Source: Fibrobacteria bacterium
Lineage (GTDB): Bacteria > Fibrobacterota > Fibrobacteria > UBA11236 > JADFYW01
Reading direction: 5' to 3'
Assembly: GCA_050294405.1 (NCBI GenBank)
Contig: JBNKOC010000008.1
Location: forward strand, 1 to 64,000
DNA length: 64,000 nt
Part shown: positions 59,073-64,000 of the stretch, piece after piece
Numbering within the stretch: the stretch's first letter is position 1
How the letters are laid out: the number at the start of each line of letters is the position of its first letter
The notes under the pieces: model-generated
What the model was told of the DNA's origin: nothing
Databases searched by the model: none
Seen by the model: only the letters and a program-made list of their open reading frames with translations
Position numbers and translations under genes: made by a program

Positions 59073-60305
59073 TTAAAAGCCGGACATTAAATTGATGTGC
59101 TTGATTTTAAAGTCCAGAGCCTTTTCAATTTTTAAATCAGGCACATTCAACAAATTGGTTTCCTGCATCTCCCAAGTCTCCAAATACCTGCCATTAGGGC
59201 TGGTGAATTTGGATACCACGGGGCGGTTGATATTTTCCGGATTGGCCTGAACCACTTTGGCTAAGGTTTTATCGTTGAGTTGAACCAGGCAGCCCACCGG
59301 AAAGCGGGATACGCATTTTGCGAAATACTCAATAATTTCCGCATCTAATAAGCCCATTTCTCCCATTCCCACCACTTTTTTCATTGCTTCCGAAGGGTTA
59401 TAGGGTATGCGATAAGTTCTTTCGCTGCAAAGTGCTTCAAATACATCGCATATGGCCACAATTCTTGAATAAGGGTGGATAACTGATTTTTTTCTTCGTT
59501 TGGGATACCCCACTCCAGAGCAGCGTTCGTGGTGCTGGTAGGCTACGAAGGTCACTTGTGGCGGAATACCATCGATTTTTTCCAAAGCATATAAACCGAG
59601 AACAGGGTGCTTTTGAACTTCATATAATTCTTCGGCGCTGAGCCTTCCTCTTTTTGTGCGTATGTCGCTGGAAATCAAAGTCATTCCCACATCGGCCAGT
59701 AAGGCGGCAGAGCCCAATTCTAATATCTGTTCCTTGGAAAGGCCCATTTCAGCGCCTATGTTAATGCTTAGCATACATACTCTCATAAGGTGGTGGAACA
59801 AATAATCATTTTCATCCATAACAAAGGTGGAAAGGTTTTGCACCATAGCGCTGTCGGTGGCCAGCAAGTCCACAAAGGGTTCCACTATCCGGCTGACTGA
59901 TTTGTAAGATAGGCTTTGGCCATGGGAAAGGCGAGCGTATATTTGCATGGTCTTTTTAAAGCCCTGCTGGTAATTCTTTAATATTTCTTCTTTGTACTGG
60001 ACAGTTCTTTCGGCTTGTCCGATTTGAGTGAAGGAATTTTTAAAGGGTTCGCCACTGGGAAGTATTTGCAGCAGTTTTGAAATTTTACTTTCAGTATTTT
60101 TAACAAACTCCGCATCATTTAAAAATTGAAAGCCCTCTTCTCCTGCGGGAATTTCGCTTAAAAAATTATTTAACTGTTCTTTGCCCTGTTTGGAAACAGA
60201 AGAGCTCTTATTCTCAGAGCCGCCATCCTCCTCATCCAGGTCAAGAGAATCAAGTTCCTCAAGTTTTAAGTTGAGCAACTCTTTAATTTCATCTTCGTTT
60301 ATCAT
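59073..60305 (-). CDS. HD-GYP domain protein (HD dyad reads AD)
   Basis: YLFHH..V, ALLADVGM, HPVLG, QHHERCSGVGYP, IVAICDVFEAL..RTYR. Confidence 0.88.
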   Translation of the reverse strand: MINEDEIKELLNLKLEELDSLDLDEEDGGSENKSSSVSKQGKEQLNNFLSEIPAGEEGFQFLNDAEFVKNTESKISKLLQILPSGEPFKNSFTQIGQAERTVQYKEEILKNYQQGFKKTMQIYARLSHGQSLSYKSVSRIVEPFVDLLATDSAMVQNLSTFVMDENDYLFHHLMRVCMLSINIGAEMGLSKEQILELGSAALLADVGMTLISSDIRTKRGRLSAEELYEVQKHPVLGLYALEKIDGIPPQVTFVAYQHHERCSGVGYPKRRKKSVIHPYSRIVAICDVFEALCSERTYRIPYNPSEAMKKVVGMGEMGLLDAEIIEYFAKCVSRFPVGCLVQLNDKTLAKVVQANPENINRPVVSKFTSPNGRYLETWEMQETNLLNVPDLKIEKALDFKIKHINLMSGF

Positions 60306-60561
60306 TAAAATATGGCCTTATTCCTCAATCTGCCCCTAATTCTATTATACGGCAAAAGACTATTTTGTCGAAGAGAAAATAGGACAAAACCCCTGCAAAG
60401 GCGGTTTCAGCTTAAATTTGCAATGTGTTTGTGATTTAAATCACCCTCTTAACGCAAAAATAGTGACTATTTCTTTTTATTTCCAGTGGGAAAATGGATA
60501 AAATGGGATTTGAATTCAATAAAAATTGGGAAGTTGCGAATTTTATTTGAGGTTTTTGGGT

Positions 60562-61263
60562 TCAATTAAAATTCAAACTCAATTTTCCAATATCGTATTC
60601 CTTTAAATGCCTCTGCCATCCAAATTGGCTATGCACGTAAATGTTGAGATAATCCATTTTGAATGGGGTATTTAGTTCAAAGGGGGAGGATTGAAAATCA
60701 TATTGCTTGACCACGCTGCCCCCGTCGGCCAAAATGACCAACCTTGAGCCTTTGGGAAGGGAGTCTATGCGCCCTGAAATTTTTTTGTAATCCTGCTCCA
60801 CTTCAATGACCGGATTTAAAAAATGGGTGTTGTAATCAAAAAGCCTCTCTTCTGAAAAATCCAAATCGAAATCTATGTTATGTATGTTTACTTTAAACTC
60901 GCTACGGGATTCGGCAATTTCAATCCGGGAAATAGAACCAGACACGGGATTTTTGAGGTAATTGCTCTGGGCTGGAATTAAAACGCAACGTACTGTATCG
61001 TCCACTCGAACTTCAAGTATGGCTTGGAAATTTAAATTCTGGTTAAAGCTAAAATTTAATTTGCCATTGGGAAGATCCTCGTTTTCAATAACTTCAATCA
61101 CTTTGTTTTTGTAGGCGTCGTTTTCCACAATAAAAATATTGTAGTCTCTGGAACTATCGTAGGGATGTATTTCGCCTGAAAGATGGATCTCCACGGAATC
61201 CTGTTTACAACCCGTAAAAACAAGAATTGAAATTGCAAATAATAAACGCAATATGTTCCTCAT
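60562..61263 (-). CDS. Putative lipoprotein
   Basis: Lipobox FTGC. Confidence 0.7.
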   Translation of the reverse strand: MRNILRLLFAISILVFTGCKQDSVEIHLSGEIHPYDSSRDYNIFIVENDAYKNKVIEVIENEDLPNGKLNFSFNQNLNFQAILEVRVDDTVRCVLIPAQSNYLKNPVSGSISRIEIAESRSEFKVNIHNIDFDLDFSEERLFDYNTHFLNPVIEVEQDYKKISGRIDSLPKGSRLVILADGGSVVKQYDFQSSPFELNTPFKMDYLNIYVHSQFGWQRHLKEYDIGKLSLNFN

Positions 61264-61461
61264 AAGCAGTACCCTTTAAAGCTGTTAGTGAGTTCCAGAA
61301 TTCGCATTTCCTGAGTAACCTCTTTTTTATTTCGGGGCACCCAGACTCAGTTAAAAAGATATTTTAAAAAAAATTGCTTTTCAACTTGAAGGGAGCAATT
61401 GTTGGTTTTTTGTGTTCTTCGGGCTTGAGGAGTTTGGGTTTTTCGCGGTTTTTTTTGGAAG

Positions 61462-62184
61462 TTAATCCTTTTTCCGGCGTTCCAGCTCAATTTCAAAAAC
61501 CTTTTTCATAATAATATCCTGGATATGGTTTGGAACATCCATAAAGCGGACCCCGTGTTCATAGGCATTGCCCAGCCGATGGGACCACATGACTTCGGCT
61601 TCAAAGACCATATCCTGGTTTTCAAAATTAAAACTGATTTTTAAAACAGAAGGTTTTTCCAATATTTCATGGTTCAAGAATTTAATACTCTTTACATCCA
61701 GTATATCCATAGCTGAGCATAATTTCATTCCCGATGCGCTAATATCCTTTGCATATATGGGCGCAACATCATTTACATCTTTGTTGTTAATGGATAATAT
61801 CTGGACATCAATTTTTACATAGGCCCTTACATGCTTTCGCCTTTGATCTTTTTTGTATTCCAGAGGATTTTTAATAATGAAAATACCGTTGTCCAGCATT
61901 TCCTCTAGTTCAATATCGAAATAATAAAAATGCTCGTTTGAACTGAAATTTACTTCACCCGGTCTGTCGCTTAAAATTTTCATTTTGTTTTTAAGATCGG
62001 GGCTGAATATTTTTATTCTGGACTTGTTGTATTCTATAATTGTGGCTAAATACCGCAATCCGAATTTTTCGGTATGTATGGGGAAACTTTCTTTTCCAAC
62101 CAAGGGAATGGCGTATGAACCTTCCTTGTTGGGCAATTTGAATTTTACCGAGATGTTTTTGGGTAATTTAACAACTTCATTCAT
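61462..62184 (-). CDS. PilZ domain protein, YcgR/flagellar-brake-like architecture
   Basis: QRRKHVR (RxxxR) and DISASG (DxSxxG) c-di-GMP motifs; GVRF. Confidence 0.9.
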   Translation of the reverse strand: MNEVVKLPKNISVKFKLPNKEGSYAIPLVGKESFPIHTEKFGLRYLATIIEYNKSRIKIFSPDLKNKMKILSDRPGEVNFSSNEHFYYFDIELEEMLDNGIFIIKNPLEYKKDQRRKHVRAYVKIDVQILSINNKDVNDVAPIYAKDISASGMKLCSAMDILDVKSIKFLNHEILEKPSVLKISFNFENQDMVFEAEVMWSHRLGNAYEHGVRFMDVPNHIQDIIMKKVFEIELERRKKD

Positions 62185-62215
62185 GGAATTAACACCCGGG
62201 ACGTTTTCTGTCTGG

Positions 62216-62848
62216 CTATTTCCAAAAATTAAGCTTGCTCAACCAGGCAGCCCTTTCGGCCTCATCTTTCCATTCAAAGTTTACGAATATTTTTCCACTT
62301 GGGTCACGCATTATTTGGCAGTCCGGTTTGCCATTTACGAAAAATTTTAATTGGAGCACATTGTGGAAATCCGAATCCATACCGGGAATATCCTTATTTA
62401 AATCCAGTTTTTTCTCTTCCGCAGTCATTTTAAAAATAGGCTCTTCTTCAATTTTATCCAGAATAGTTCCGCCCAAATGGATTTCATATAAATCCAATAC
62501 ATAAGCTGATTCTTCGTCATCCCATTTTAAAAATGCCGGAGGCATGGATTCAAAGTCAGAGGAAACATGAAAACTCAGTTCCAACCTATGGTCCTTTTCA
62601 AATTGGCTTTTATCCATAAAAAAGCCTTCCATTCTAAAGCGGCTGGAGTGGGTACCGTTGGGTTGGGTATACGGTTCTTCGTAATCTTCTAACCCGGATA
62701 TTTGCTCCATGGTGTAGAGGTCTAAATCACTCTTTGGTATTGAAATACCATTAGTTGCATTAGATTCTTTTTCTTTGCCTTTTAACTGATTTGAATAAAT
62801 CATTGAAAAACAAAGCATTACAAAAAAATATCTTCCTGGTTTTTGCAT
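62216..62848 (-). CDS. Exported hypothetical protein
   Basis: 210-aa ORF with an N-terminal hydrophobic segment. Confidence 0.6.
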   Translation of the reverse strand: MQKPGRYFFVMLCFSMIYSNQLKGKEKESNATNGISIPKSDLDLYTMEQISGLEDYEEPYTQPNGTHSSRFRMEGFFMDKSQFEKDHRLELSFHVSSDFESMPPAFLKWDDEESAYVLDLYEIHLGGTILDKIEEEPIFKMTAEEKKLDLNKDIPGMDSDFHNVLQLKFFVNGKPDCQIMRDPSGKIFVNFEWKDEAERAAWLSKLNFWK

Positions 62849-63012
62849 AGTTGATTTAAATTATAAGATGCGCCAAACCAATGCAAACAATAAATTGTTA
62901 AAACATTAAATTTTGTGTTTTTGCGTAAAAATGGCCCTTTTTTTTGCATTTAAAATAAAAATAGACTCTTAAAATCCTTCATTGATCCAAAATTTGAGGG
63001 TATAATTATCTC

Positions 63013-63384
63013 ATGAATCAAAAATTTGACGAAATTTTAGTTTATAATCGTGTGGGAACCCTTAGACGTGTGACTGTGGAAGCATTAAAAAGGTTGAATT
63101 ATAGTTCAATAAAAGAGTTCTCAAGCAAGGATGAATTGGAAAAAGAGCTTAAATTAGATATTCAATTTTTGTTGATTTTGGAGATAACAGGGGAGAACCC
63201 TGTGTCCGAGCTTGAGCTAATTCAAAAATATTCGGGCCGTCATAGAATGCTGGTTACTCTTCAAATAAGCAGTAAAGAGTTGATTTTAAAACTTTCTCGT
63301 GCTGGGGCTAAAAATGTGCTCTTAAAGAGTTTGGATATCGGAGGCTTCTCTGAAAAATTACAAACCGCTCTCGGTCCCCGTTAG
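63013..63384 (+). CDS. Atypical single-domain receiver (CheY-like) protein
   Basis: Receiver fold pattern ILV..LRR..L, LLILE, AGAKNVLLKS; the acidic pocket is altered. Confidence 0.65.
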   Translation: MNQKFDEILVYNRVGTLRRVTVEALKRLNYSSIKEFSSKDELEKELKLDIQFLLILEITGENPVSELELIQKYSGRHRMLVTLQISSKELILKLSRAGAKNVLLKSLDIGGFSEKLQTALGPR

Positions 63385-63393
63385 CAGCTGTTT

Positions 63394-63999
63394 TTAAATA
63401 AAGAAATCGGCATTGGAAATTTCTCGTTTTACCTTTTCCACGAGCTCTTCCAAAACTTCGCTGGAAAGGTTTAAGTCGTGTAAAGCACCCTGGCTACAAT
63501 TCTCAGGCATTTTCTTGCTCGGCATCAAAAAACCAAACAAAGAGGCGTAGAAATCGGCAACATGGACGGCCTGAGTGAGGCCCAGTTCCTGATGGGCGGA
63601 TTTATCGGGAAAATGATGGAATTCCACGGCGCACAACAAAGCCTCTGGCAATTTCCATTCCTGCAATAAAACCCTTCCTGCGCTCCCGTGGTCTATACCA
63701 AAAAAATCTTTTTCCAAAATGGATATATCAATGGATTGGCTTTCTGATTTTTCTATTAGCTCCTGATACTTTTCCGGCTCCAGGCTGGATAAAATCAGAA
63801 TCCCGATATCATGGAAAAGCCCGGCAATGTAAGCGGAATCCGGATTTATTTTTTTTTCTTTGGAGCCCTCAATAATAAGTCGGGTTATTAAGGCTACGCT
63901 CACAGAGTGTTTCCAAAACTCCTTAATGTCCATGTTTTTTGAAGTGGGGGAGTTTTGAATCATGGAAATAGCCAGGGATATTTTACTGACCTCCTTAAG
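63394..63999 (-). CDS. HDOD domain protein (5' part lies outside the window)
   Basis: FWKHSVSVA, AYIAGLFHDIG, FGIDHG..G..LLQEWKLP..AVEFHH; frame stays open to the window edge. Confidence 0.9.
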   Translation of the reverse strand, partial: LKEVSKISLAISMIQNSPTSKNMDIKEFWKHSVSVALITRLIIEGSKEKKINPDSAYIAGLFHDIGILILSSLEPEKYQELIEKSESQSIDISILEKDFFGIDHGSAGRVLLQEWKLPEALLCAVEFHHFPDKSAHQELGLTQAVHVADFYASLFGFLMPSKKMPENCSQGALHDLNLSSEVLEELVEKVKREISNADFFI

Positions 64000-64000
64000 G

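Noticed and set aside
60351..60412. c-di-GMP-I (GEMM) riboswitch-like GGCAAA..GACAAAAC near the HD-GYP gene
   Set aside because: Wrong strand for the gene, lacks the GNRA/receptor and P2 elements, and overlaps a simpler minus-strand TCGACA-N16-TATAAT promoter
60430..60445. CRP/FNR-like site TGTGA-TTTAAA-TCACC
   Set aside because: A single near-match in AT-rich DNA with no supporting context; not enough to call
1..64000. CRISPR array, IS elements, prophage or defence genes
   Set aside because: I recognised no regularly spaced repeats, transposase/integrase motifs, phage genes or defence domains by eye

Overview
A bacterial chromosome segment, AT-rich and mostly coding. The host is probably a flagellated member of Fibrobacterota; this is inferred from a FISUMP/Fib_succ_major domain, secreted CAZymes with short basic C-terminal tails, and a KYNPDAKNLGEY outer-membrane family. 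In order, the window holds: nrdR, PPi-dependent pfp and tRNA-Pro(GGG); secreted GH10 and GH17 enzymes; a very AT-rich three-gene module (wHTH-like protein, small secreted protein, degenerate parvulin-like protein); an Ig/FN3/FISUMP lipoprotein; three translationally coupled paralogous beta-barrel genes followed by a ThuA-domain gene and its decayed copy; a sigma54 sugar-catabolic locus built around PEP-hydrolase-like (TBST) TIM barrels; a flagellin with an intact gluzincin protease insert; nth; urtA-porin-urtBCDE plus a urease cluster (gamma-beta fusion, His-rich UreG, no ureE, inverted ureD); an M6 protease; a large repeat surface protein; and a c-di-GMP/motility group (HD-GYP, PilZ, pseudo-receiver, partial HDOD). 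I saw no CRISPR array, rRNA, integrase or transposase. The best leads are the TBST-sigma54 regulon, whose promoters and paired enhancer sites can be read from the DNA, the beta-barrel triplet, the proteolytic flagellin, and the AT-rich wHTH module with 11-bp phased repeats. All calls come from motif recognition by eye; no searches were run.
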